Origin: Candidatus Omnitrophota bacterium | GTDB lineage: Bacteria > Hinthialibacterota > Hinthialibacteria > OLB16 | Length of the DNA stretch: 47,068 bases | Assembly: GCA_029261095.1 (NCBI GenBank) | Contig: JAJDBZ010000129.1 | Coordinates: forward strand, 1 to 47,068 | Direction: 5' to 3' | Part shown: positions 18,128 to 27,000 of the stretch, in pieces | How the letters are laid out: every line of letters begins with the position of its first letter | Numbering within the stretch: position 1 is the first letter of the stretch | Position numbers and translations under genes: made by a program | The notes under the pieces: model-generated | Databases searched by the model: none | The model's input: only the letters and a program-made list of their open reading frames with translations | What the model was told of the DNA's origin: nothing

Positions 18128-18738
18128 TTCTCATCGTCGACTATGGCGCGGGGAATCTTCGCAGCGTTGTCCGAGGTCTCGAAGCGGTCGATGGGGAACC
18201 CCTACTCTCCTCCGACCCCGGAAAGTTTGCGGAGGCCGATGGTGTCGTATTCCCAGGTCAGGGGAGTTTCGAAACCGCGATGGAGAAGCTTCGCGAGCTC
18301 AATCTCGAAGAGCCCTTAAAAGAACACCTCAGCAGTGGTCGACCGTTTCTCGGAATCTGTTTGGGACTGCAGCTTCTGTTCGATTCCAGCGAAGAGGCGC
18401 CGAACGCGGAAGGGGTGGGAGCGTTCGCGGGTCCAAACCGAAAGTTTCAACCAGGAAAAAAGATTCCCCACCTCGGGTGGAATTCGGTGGAGTGGAGACA
18501 AAACAGTCCGTTTTTCGAGGATATTCCTTCGGGTTCGTATTTCTATTTTGTTCACTCCTACTACCCTGTTCCTCAAAATGCAGACCTCATCGCCGGGGTG
18601 ACCGATTATGAAGAAGAGTTTTGTTCGGCGATCGCTAGCGATAACCAGGCAGCTGTTCAGTTTCATCCCGAGAAGAGCCAGAAAGCCGGACTCCAACTCC
18701 TTTCGAATTTCGTGAAGATCTGTAAGGAAAACCGTTAA
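18124..18738 (+). CDS. hisH: Imidazole glycerol phosphate synthase, glutamine amidotransferase subunit HisH
   Basis: MILIVDYGAGNLRSV, catalytic GICLGLQLLF, FYFVHSYY, VQFHPEKS. The ATG overlaps the cyclase stop (ATGA). Confidence 0.9.
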   Translation: MILIVDYGAGNLRSVVRGLEAVDGEPLLSSDPGKFAEADGVVFPGQGSFETAMEKLRELNLEEPLKEHLSSGRPFLGICLGLQLLFDSSEEAPNAEGVGAFAGPNRKFQPGKKIPHLGWNSVEWRQNSPFFEDIPSGSYFYFVHSYYPVPQNADLIAGVTDYEEEFCSAIASDNQAAVQFHPEKSQKAGLQLLSNFVKICKENR

Positions 18739-18741
18739 GAA

Positions 18742-19467
18742 ATGATCCTGATACCAGCCATCGACATCTTGGGGGGGAAATGCGTTCGTCTGTTTCAAGG
18801 AGACTACAACCAAGTCACCGAGTATGCCGACGATCCGGTAGAGCAAGCGAGATCCTTTCAGAAAGCCGGAGCCAAACGGATTCACTTGGTCGATTTGGAT
18901 GGCGCCAAGTATGGCGATCCCATCAACGAGGAAATCATTCTCCGTGTGGCCAATGAGATCGATGTCCCGATTGAGATTGGCGGAGGCATTCGTTCTCTCG
19001 AACAGGTTGAAAAGTATCTCTCGAACAGTGTCGATCGAGCGATCCTTGGGACCGCCGCCATTCGCGATCCAAACCTTCTGATCGCATCCGCCGAAGCCTA
19101 CCCGGGCCGGGTCTATGTGGGGATCGACGCCAAGGACGGCCGTGTCGCGGTGCAGGGGTGGACCGAGGATTCGGGAATCGATGCGTTCGAGTTCGCGAAG
19201 GACTGCGAAAAGCGCGGTGCCGGCGGGATCATCTTCACCGACATTGCCCGCGATGGTGCGATGGTGGGACCGAACGTTGAATCCCTACAAAAAATGGCGG
19301 AGACCACCTCACTGAATCTGATCGCTTCGGGCGGGATTTCTTCCCTCGACGATCTCAGGGTCATTCGCGAATTAGGCCTCTCTCAAATCGAGGGGATCAT
19401 CACGGGCAAAGCGGTTTATGCTGGGGCGTTCAGTGTGGAAGAGGGGATTGGGGTTGTGGAGGGGTAA
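18742..19467 (+). CDS. hisA: ProFAR isomerase HisA
   Basis: MILIPAIDILGGKCVRLFQGDY...HLVDLDGAK...GGGIRS...FTDIARDGAMVGPN...ASGGIS are HisA motifs. Confidence 0.9.
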   Translation: MILIPAIDILGGKCVRLFQGDYNQVTEYADDPVEQARSFQKAGAKRIHLVDLDGAKYGDPINEEIILRVANEIDVPIEIGGGIRSLEQVEKYLSNSVDRAILGTAAIRDPNLLIASAEAYPGRVYVGIDAKDGRVAVQGWTEDSGIDAFEFAKDCEKRGAGGIIFTDIARDGAMVGPNVESLQKMAETTSLNLIASGGISSLDDLRVIRELGLSQIEGIITGKAVYAGAFSVEEGIGVVEG

Positions 19468-19491
19468 ACGTATTTTTCGTTGTGTCTGCCT

Positions 19492-20040
19492 ATGAGTAAC
19501 AACAGAATGACTCGGCATAGAATCGCTTTCACCGTTGCGATTATTATCGTAGCGGGCCTGTTGAGCTTCTTCAATCGCAACTCCCCCGAGATCCTCGACC
19601 AGCCCAAAAACGATCCCACGTCGGACCTTACCGGCCAAGTCCTCACGGTTGCAGATGGGGACACAATCACGCTCCGGGTCGATGGCGACAGAGTTAAAGT
19701 TCGTATTCAGGGAATCGACTGCCCCGAGCGCGACCAACCTTTCGGGAAGGAGGCGGGGGATTTCGTTAAGGACCTCGTTCTTAATCGGGAAGTCGAAGTG
19801 AAGTCTCTTGGCAAAGATCAGTACGATCGTGTGCTCGGCGAGGTTTCGATCGATGGGAAGAACCTCAACAAAGAACTTCTTAAGAACGGGTACGCTTGGT
19901 GGTATGAGCGTCACGCGAGGGACCGAACGGATTATCGAGATCTGCAGGAGGAGGCACGTGAGGCTAATCGGGGATTATGGTCGGACCCGGAGGCGATACC
20001 ACCCTGGGAGTTTCGAAGAAACCGATCAAATAATCGTTGA
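19492..20040 (+). CDS. Membrane-anchored thermonuclease (SNase / micrococcal nuclease-like)
   Basis: N-terminal anchor IAFTVAIIIVAGLLSFF. ADGDTITL...VKVRIQGIDCPERDQPFGKEA...QYDRVLGEV...NKELLKNGYAWWY is the SNase fold signature. ATG 19492 chosen (the track start is TTG 19480). Confidence 0.8.
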   Translation: MSNNRMTRHRIAFTVAIIIVAGLLSFFNRNSPEILDQPKNDPTSDLTGQVLTVADGDTITLRVDGDRVKVRIQGIDCPERDQPFGKEAGDFVKDLVLNREVEVKSLGKDQYDRVLGEVSIDGKNLNKELLKNGYAWWYERHARDRTDYRDLQEEAREANRGLWSDPEAIPPWEFRRNRSNNR

Positions 20041-20071
20041 CCCAGTTTCCCACCTTCCTATAATCCACCAC

Positions 20072-21418
20072 ATGAATCGGATTCTCCCCTTGCTTCACTT
20101 CCTCCCCTTCTTCTTCGCCACCCCCGCGTTCGCTCAAACCGATTCCACACCGATCCTTTTCGTCGGAGCAACCGTTTACACCATCGCGGGAGAGGTGATC
20201 GAGGATGGAGCGTTCCTCGTTCGCGATGGAAAGTTCGAGGTGGTTGGGAATCGATCCGAGGTTGAGATCCCAAATGGCGCCCAGGTAATCGATGTGTCCG
20301 GGAAGACCATCATGCCGGGGATTGTGGATACTCATTCTCATTTAGGAGTTTATGGCAAGCCAAGTGTGGCGGCCAACTCCGACGGCAACGAGATGACTGG
20401 ACCGATGCAGAGTTTCGTCCGTGCCACCGACTCGATTTGGCCGGGCGATCCAGGGTTTAGAATCGCCCGAGCGGGCGGAATCACAACGATCAACATCATG
20501 CCCGGAAGTGGAAACGCCATGGGTGGGCAGACCGCCTATGTGAAGAACCGGGGAAACACCGTCGAGGATATGTTGATCCGAGGCGATGAGGATTTCCGGT
20601 ATGGCATGAAGATGGCCAATGGCGAGAACCCCAAAAGGATCTACGGGAAACGCAACGAAACTCCATCGACACGCATGGGAATCGCGGGATTGCAGAGGAA
20701 CCGATTTCTCAAAGCCCGGGAGTACATGAAGAAATGGGAGCGCTACGAAAAAAACCTCGAGAAAGATCCGGATTCCGAGAAGCCGGAACGCGACTTGGAT
20801 CTGGAACCGGTGGTTGAGATCCTCGAAGGGAAGAGACCGGTCCATTTTCACACCCATCGCGCCGATGACATCATGACCGCCATGCGTCTCGCCGATGAGT
20901 TTGGTTTCCGTCTCATTCTTCATCATGTCACCGAGGCTTACAAAGTGGTGGATGAAATCGCCAAGCGAAAAGTTCCCTGCTCGCTGATCCTCCTCGAGTC
21001 GCCGGGTGGCAAACATGAGGCAGTCAATCTGACTTTCGAGAATGGCGGGTTGCTTGAGAAAGCGGGCGTCAAAACCTGTTTTCATTCCGATGACCCCATC
21101 ATCGACTCCCGTTTCCTGATGCGTTGTGCTGCGTTGGCGGTTCGCGAAGGCATGTCCGAGAGCGAGGCCCTGAAGGCGCTTACCATCAACGCCGCCGAGA
21201 TGGTGGACCTTGAGGACCGAATCGGCTCGATCGAACCGGGGAAGGATGCCGATTTTATTCTCCTCTCGGGACACCCATTCAGCGTCTATACCCGGGTCCT
21301 TCAGACCTATATTGAAGGGGAGAAAGTCTTCGACATCTCGGATCCCGAATACCGGATCTACGCGACCGGGGGTTTTGGAGTCGAGGACAGGTATCCAGCG
21401 TTGGAGGTTGAAAAGTGA
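20072..21418 (+). CDS. Secreted metal-dependent amidohydrolase (COG1228-like)
   Basis: Signal peptide MNRILPLLHFLPFFFATPAFAQ. HxH motif PGIVDTHSHLG. Further ligands in HFHTH, LHH and FHSDD. The track ORF from 19808 overlaps the nuclease gene, so the internal ATG 20072 is preferred. Confidence 0.8.
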   Translation: MNRILPLLHFLPFFFATPAFAQTDSTPILFVGATVYTIAGEVIEDGAFLVRDGKFEVVGNRSEVEIPNGAQVIDVSGKTIMPGIVDTHSHLGVYGKPSVAANSDGNEMTGPMQSFVRATDSIWPGDPGFRIARAGGITTINIMPGSGNAMGGQTAYVKNRGNTVEDMLIRGDEDFRYGMKMANGENPKRIYGKRNETPSTRMGIAGLQRNRFLKAREYMKKWERYEKNLEKDPDSEKPERDLDLEPVVEILEGKRPVHFHTHRADDIMTAMRLADEFGFRLILHHVTEAYKVVDEIAKRKVPCSLILLESPGGKHEAVNLTFENGGLLEKAGVKTCFHSDDPIIDSRFLMRCAALAVREGMSESEALKALTINAAEMVDLEDRIGSIEPGKDADFILLSGHPFSVYTRVLQTYIEGEKVFDISDPEYRIYATGGFGVEDRYPALEVEK

Positions 21419-22677
21419 AAATCTTCACAATCCTCCTTCTTACTTGTTTGGGGATATTGGTTCTCGCTCCCGTAGCCCACTCGGAGGGGATCGCTGTCCA
21501 AGCCGATAAAGTCCACACAGTCTCCCCTTCAGGAACCATCGAGAATGGAGTGGTGCTCATCCGTGATGGGAAGATTGAGAAAGTGGGAACTGCGGGAGAC
21601 ATCGAAATCCCCGAGGGTTACGAAACCCTGAAGGCGTCCCGAGTGACTCCTGGTCTGATCGATGCCCACAGCGTAGTGGGTGTCTCCGGGATCTATAACG
21701 TGGATGCCGACAGAGACCACAACGAAGACACCGGCCCCAACCAGGCCAGTCTCCGTGTGATCGATGGGTTCAATCCGACCGAACCGCTTTTGGATTATCT
21801 CCTCCGATTCGGAGTCACCTGTATCCAAACCGGTCCAGGAAAGAACAACCCCATCGCTGGACAGATGGCCATCTTCAAAACCTCAGGCAACACCATGAAT
21901 TCTTCTTTGGTCAAATCCCCATCGGCCCTCCTGATCAACCTCGGCGAATCGCCAAAATCAACATACGGCGGCCGCAACAAATCTCCTTCCACCCGAATGG
22001 GAACGGCGGCGGTGATCCGTCAGGCCTTTATCGAAGCCCAGATCTACCAGGAAAAACTGGAGAAGTACGAAGAGAAGAAAGAAGACAAAGAGGGCAAGGA
22101 AAAAAATCCGCCGGACCGGGATTTGAACAAAGAGACCCTCATGAAGGCGCTTAATCAAGAGATCCCGGTCGTGCTGAACGCCGACCGTGAAGATGACATC
22201 CTGACCGGACTCCGGATTGCCGTAGAGTTCAACCTGGACCTCATTCTTGATGGCGCTTCCGAAGGATACCTGACCGCGGACCGGATCAATGAAGCGGGGG
22301 CGCCCGTCTTTGTTCATCCGACGATGCAGAGAATCGAAGGTTTGGAGACCTACAACACCTCACTTGAAAACGCGGCGCTCTTATCGCAAGAAGGCATACC
22401 GATCGCCATTCAATCGGGGTATGAGTCATATGTCCCCAAGACTCATCTCATTCTGTTCGAGGCCGCAATCGCCATGGTGCACGGTCTAGGATTCGATAAG
22501 GCACTCGAAGCAATCACATTGTCACCTGCAAAGATTCTGAAGGTCGACGATCGTGTCGGCTCCATAGAAGCAGGGAAGGATGCCGATCTGGTTCTTTTTA
22601 GTGGCGATCCCTTCGAATACACCACCCATGTCGAAGCCGTTCTAGTCAATGGAGAAGTGGTGTACCGCTTGCCTTGA
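21415..22677 (+). CDS. Secreted amidohydrolase-fold paralog lacking most metal ligands (probable pseudo-enzyme)
   Basis: Signal peptide MKIFTILLLTCLGILVLAPVAHS. Collinear with the upstream paralog, but HSH is replaced by HSV, HFHTH by VLNAD, HH by DG and FHSDD by IQSGY. The GTG start overlaps the upstream stop (GTGA). Confidence 0.75.
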   Translation: MKIFTILLLTCLGILVLAPVAHSEGIAVQADKVHTVSPSGTIENGVVLIRDGKIEKVGTAGDIEIPEGYETLKASRVTPGLIDAHSVVGVSGIYNVDADRDHNEDTGPNQASLRVIDGFNPTEPLLDYLLRFGVTCIQTGPGKNNPIAGQMAIFKTSGNTMNSSLVKSPSALLINLGESPKSTYGGRNKSPSTRMGTAAVIRQAFIEAQIYQEKLEKYEEKKEDKEGKEKNPPDRDLNKETLMKALNQEIPVVLNADREDDILTGLRIAVEFNLDLILDGASEGYLTADRINEAGAPVFVHPTMQRIEGLETYNTSLENAALLSQEGIPIAIQSGYESYVPKTHLILFEAAIAMVHGLGFDKALEAITLSPAKILKVDDRVGSIEAGKDADLVLFSGDPFEYTTHVEAVLVNGEVVYRLP

Positions 22678-22777
22678 TCCAATTTGGCCGCAAGGATCTT
22701 GACATGACCGCCCGACGTCAGAGATTTCCCTATCAATAGTGAACGTGCCTTAGGTCTCATGCTAGCATCCCTCTCTC

Positions 22778-24016
22778 ATGACCGCTGACCCCCAAAAGTA
22801 TTTCTTTCTCCGTCCCTCGATCTACTTCTTAATCGGCGTGGTCCTCGTTCTCTCCATCCACATCCGCTGGGCCGAGAACCAGTGGGACCTGATGGTGTAT
22901 TACCATGCGGGGGAAAGGCTTTGGGAGGGCGAAAATCCTTATGAGCCGGACATTCCGCCGGGGTGGGAGAACCTCTCCTTCTTAACCGTCTATGCTTATC
23001 CTCCGCTCTTTGTCCGGGTTCTTTCACCGCTCTCTCTTACGCCCGAACCTATCTTTCGGTTTATCTGGCTCTCTCTCCAGGCGATCGGTTTTGAGTGTCT
23101 CTATTTCCTGGGGCTCCGATTGTTCGGGAAGAGCTTTCACCCTCTATCGTGGGCAATGTTTCATTTTGTTGGAGTACATCATGATCCTGTCATGTCCGAT
23201 TTTCGCGCGGGAAACACGGCGACATTTGAAGCAGGGGCGCTGACCGCGTGGGCGGTTTGGCACATGGATCGCCCCGTCCGCGCGGGGGCGATCGTGGGAA
23301 GTCTTCTAGCGATCAAACCTTTGGCAATATTTGTCCTGATCTGGGATCTTGTCCAGCAAAGGTGGAGGTCCCTCGCGTGGGCGGTCGGATTTACAGGTTT
23401 GCTGGGTCTAGTAATGGTTTACGATTTTCAGCTGTTTAAGAACTATCTCGATTTCATCGGATCGGAGACTCTTCAAGAAATTAACGAAGAACACACTGCG
23501 GGCATCTTTAACCATGCCACTGTCTCGGTGATGTACCGGCTGTTTACCAGCAACACCGTATTTGGACCAGTGATCGATCTACCCATCCTGGCGAAGCTGT
23601 TGACCTTCGCCATCCCAGTTGTCATCTGGATAACCGTGTTCTCTTCATGGAGACGTCTTCAGGGTTGGGGGAACCGAGTAGAGCAAAACGCCATCGGGTT
23701 TGCCCTCTTGATGCCGAGTGTATTGCTCACCATTCCCCGTGTCGGCGATTACAATCTGACTGTGCTCCTCATCCCCGTCTTCTTCGGCGCCTGGAAGGCC
23801 TGGGAGCGTGGAAACCATGTGGCACTCCAGCTTTTTCTTCTCGCGTTCGCGATCGGAAACCTCCCGATCTCCGGAGGGCGCCTTGATTCCTTCTCACTCG
23901 AAATGCATTGGCTGCAATTTCGCTATGTCTCCCTCGTACTCATTTGGCTCGCGAGCTACTGTCTCACTTTTCCGCAACCACGGCCTAATAGGTCTCCAGG
24001 TAATACTCGAGAATAA
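22778..24016 (+). CDS. Polytopic membrane protein, GT87/DUF2029-like GT-C glycosyltransferase
   Basis: 412 aa and multi-TM. The N-terminal segment WDLMVYYHAGERLWEGENPYEP...TVYAYPPLFVRVLSPL matches the DUF2029/GT87 signature (D...Y..a....l.G..pY....Y.YpPl). Confidence 0.6.
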   Translation: MTADPQKYFFLRPSIYFLIGVVLVLSIHIRWAENQWDLMVYYHAGERLWEGENPYEPDIPPGWENLSFLTVYAYPPLFVRVLSPLSLTPEPIFRFIWLSLQAIGFECLYFLGLRLFGKSFHPLSWAMFHFVGVHHDPVMSDFRAGNTATFEAGALTAWAVWHMDRPVRAGAIVGSLLAIKPLAIFVLIWDLVQQRWRSLAWAVGFTGLLGLVMVYDFQLFKNYLDFIGSETLQEINEEHTAGIFNHATVSVMYRLFTSNTVFGPVIDLPILAKLLTFAIPVVIWITVFSSWRRLQGWGNRVEQNAIGFALLMPSVLLTIPRVGDYNLTVLLIPVFFGAWKAWERGNHVALQLFLLAFAIGNLPISGGRLDSFSLEMHWLQFRYVSLVLIWLASYCLTFPQPRPNRSPGNTRE

Positions 24017-27000
24017 TCAAAATATCCTGAGTATCGACTCTCCGATCCCGGTTCACATCGGCCCGCATCAGGTCATTTTCATCTCCTGGAGTATCTGTGG
24101 CAGTTGCGGTCGGCAGAGTCCCAGTCGGAGTCTCGGAAGGAGTCGGCGTTTCGGTTGGAGTCTCTGTTTCTGTCTCTGTTTCTGTCGATGTTTGACTCAG
24201 GGTGGAAGTCGCTGTCGGACTCAATGTCGGTGTTTCCGTTTCGGTCTCGCCCACCTCGCAGGTCGCGTTCGGCAATAGACCGTATACGCGATGGACAGCG
24301 ACACCCGCAATCCCCGGACCGCCTTCCTGAAAACTGTTTAAAGTGGACGCCACCAGGGACAAAGTTCCCCGCACCCCAGAGGGGATTCCCGGGAGGTCCA
24401 AGGACCGCAGGAATCGGCTTTCACGAGGGTTTAGCGTGATGTCAGAAAGGTTGGTGGTAAACCCCTCGCCATCGAAAGTCACATTGGTCAAGGTGGAGGT
24501 CCCAGAGTTTGGGTTGAGGTTGACCAGCGCAATCTCCGTACTGGTTTCGAGATCGCCAAAAGCTTTGAACATCGAAGGGAATCCAAGTTCTTTCGGAAAC
24601 GCAAACTCACTCCCGGGGAAACTGAAGATCCCACGTTCCATGTAAGTGTTATACGCCACCGATTCCAAAACGCAGCCTCCTTCATTCCTCTTGTTCACCT
24701 GGATGATCGCCAAGATGTTGGGAGCGGAAACTGCCGGACTTCCTTCGCGCCAATAGTCTTCGGAAGTGATCTGAACCCAATCGGCGTTTGTCGGGTTGTC
24801 GGTGGTTTCGAATGCCGATACGGGCCTTCTGAAAGCGGCGACACCGCCCGGTGGAACAAAACCAGTCTGTGTGTGGACATTGTTTCCGCCGGAACTATAG
24901 AAATCGACACGAATTTTTGCATCGATTAATCGGTTGAGGTTCAGGACTTGGACAACTGTTTCCCAACCTTCGGAGGGCGAATAGGTCAAAGGACCATAGG
25001 CCACATCCGAACCCCGCGTGAAAGAGGGGTTGCTCCCAAAGGCCCCCTCTATCAACTCGTCCGGGGTACTATTGTAGGTGGAAAGAGTGCCACCGCTTTC
25101 AAGATCGACCGTGGCGACAATCGGCTGTGTGGACCTGATGAGGAGCTTCCCACGGAATCCCTTGCCAACATGCTCGGCAGGGCGAATCGTCTTTGAATTG
25201 CCGGGTTGAATCAAATCGATGTGAATCGTTTGCCCGCCAGAGGAGTTACCGTAGAACGGGCTCCCTTTCTGGGTGGCTTTCAGCTGTTTAAGACTCTTAA
25301 CAGTCGGTTCGGATTTGGGGGATTCCTCTCGAGTAAAGATCAGCTCGATTCCGGTGGCTAGAACTCCCGCGTTCTGCAATGCGACCACTGTGTCGAAACC
25401 TTCCCCGGTCAAGATGAGAGGGACGACCGCATTCCATCCCCCAAAAACTTCGTCTACACGTCCCAACCGTATCCGGGACACGGCTTCATATGCGGAAAGG
25501 ACACGGTTCTCCGGATCGGAGGCCGATGGGCTGTTCCTCTGTAGAAAACCGGAAATAGCAAACGACGGTATGAATTCCGATAGTTCGTTATAGTCGCGGA
25601 AGAAAGCTGCATATTGCCCCACACTCTCCAAGTTCAATAACCGTTCGGCCGCGGTCGTGTCGGACGGGTCCAATGAAAAGGCGACGGCGCTTTGCGCCTG
25701 GGAGGGAATGTCCATGTCCTCGAAAACAAAAGTTTCTTTGAAACCGATCGGGTCTGAAATTTCCGCTCCCACCACTTCTTCGGAAGCGAAGAAAATAATT
25801 CCAGCCCGCACAGTTGTCCCACCATCAATCGTTTGAATACCGAGGGAATTTGAGGCCTCGTGAACGGTTCCTCCACGGTTCAACATTGGGAAGAAAAGTG
25901 CTTCGCCCTCACCTCCAGTGGCGATCGGATAAATGACCCCCGTGCTTGCCATCGCGGCGTCATTCCCCCCGGCAGCCAGTTCGACATTGCTATCCGGCTC
26001 GGGCTCCTGCCCGTGGGTTGTCCGTTGGATTGCCACTGCGGCGAACGCCATCGTGTTAAAAATATCACCATTATCCCGACGAACTTTTTGACTGGTTGAA
26101 GTTCCTTGTATGACCACACTTGCGATGGCTCCTTTTCCAAGACTCGGAAAATCGACAGGGATCAGGAGGGTTTCCAGGGGACGCATAATGAAACATTCCG
26201 CATCGCGCAAACCCGCGTTGTCATAAATGTAAATGCTGGCGGAGGTCAGTCCAGGAATCGAATTCAAATTGCTCAAGAGGATTTCGGTTGAAACTCCCAA
26301 ACGCGGGTCGGCTTTGACCATGAACGGAAGGGCAATCACCTCGGCTCCCCCCTCTTCATTCGCCGAGAATCCTTTGGTATCCAAATCGACGAAAGTCTCC
26401 ACATCCGCACTGACATCTTCTTGGATCAAATTGTATGAGATTGTCTCGAGAACCTCTCCACCCGGGCCTCGTTTCAATTGACGGATTTGGCCGATGAAAT
26501 CCACGTCGCCGTACACCAAGAGAACCCCAGCACGCGATTCCGGCGAAAGCAGAGAGCGTGAAAAGGTGATGGTTCTTCTCTTTAAGGGGTCGATCGTTAT
26601 CTCTCGTTGGTCGAGGTTGTTGCCCAACGAATCTTTAAACTCCAAGACAACCGTGTTGATATCGTTGTTGTCTACATTGTTGAGAGTGACCTCAGTATCC
26701 CAACCCTCTTCCTGGATGAGCGGGGCCCATGCTGTTTGGTTATTGGGCCTGAATCCGGAAGGTTCATAAGTGCGCACCCCTAGAACCGAAGAATACATTC
26801 CATTTGGGTAAGAGTAATCGCCGACAATGGCCAACGGAGCCGAGGAATCCACAATCCAATTCCCGACAAAAGATTCTCCGACATAATCGGTGATCTTGAA
26901 ATCGAGGGTATTGCCAGGCGACAAAGACCCAGAAGGCCCAGCAATTGTGGCGCCTGTGATCTCATCTTCGAAGGTGGACCGGTAATCGGTTCCAAAGGTC

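Noticed and set aside
19808-20071. N-terminal extensions offered by the ORF track: amidohydrolase from 19808, 13271..14272, 39561..40460, 4176 for ROK, 15581 for M20, 45727 for the activator.
   Set aside because: The extensions overlap upstream genes or precede obvious signal peptides or N-terminal motifs. Internal starts with SD sequences give canonical N-termini.
20342-21274. Long antisense ORFs inside confident genes. Here 310 aa; also 32789..33619 (276 aa), 36976..37842 (288 aa), 16975..17544 (189 aa) and 36241..36825 (194 aa, poly-VGVSV).
   Set aside because: Each lies fully within a gene with clear family motifs on the other strand. They have no SD or recognisable domains, and their composition is the mirror of the sense codons or the TP linker. 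This is a typical antisense-frame artefact.
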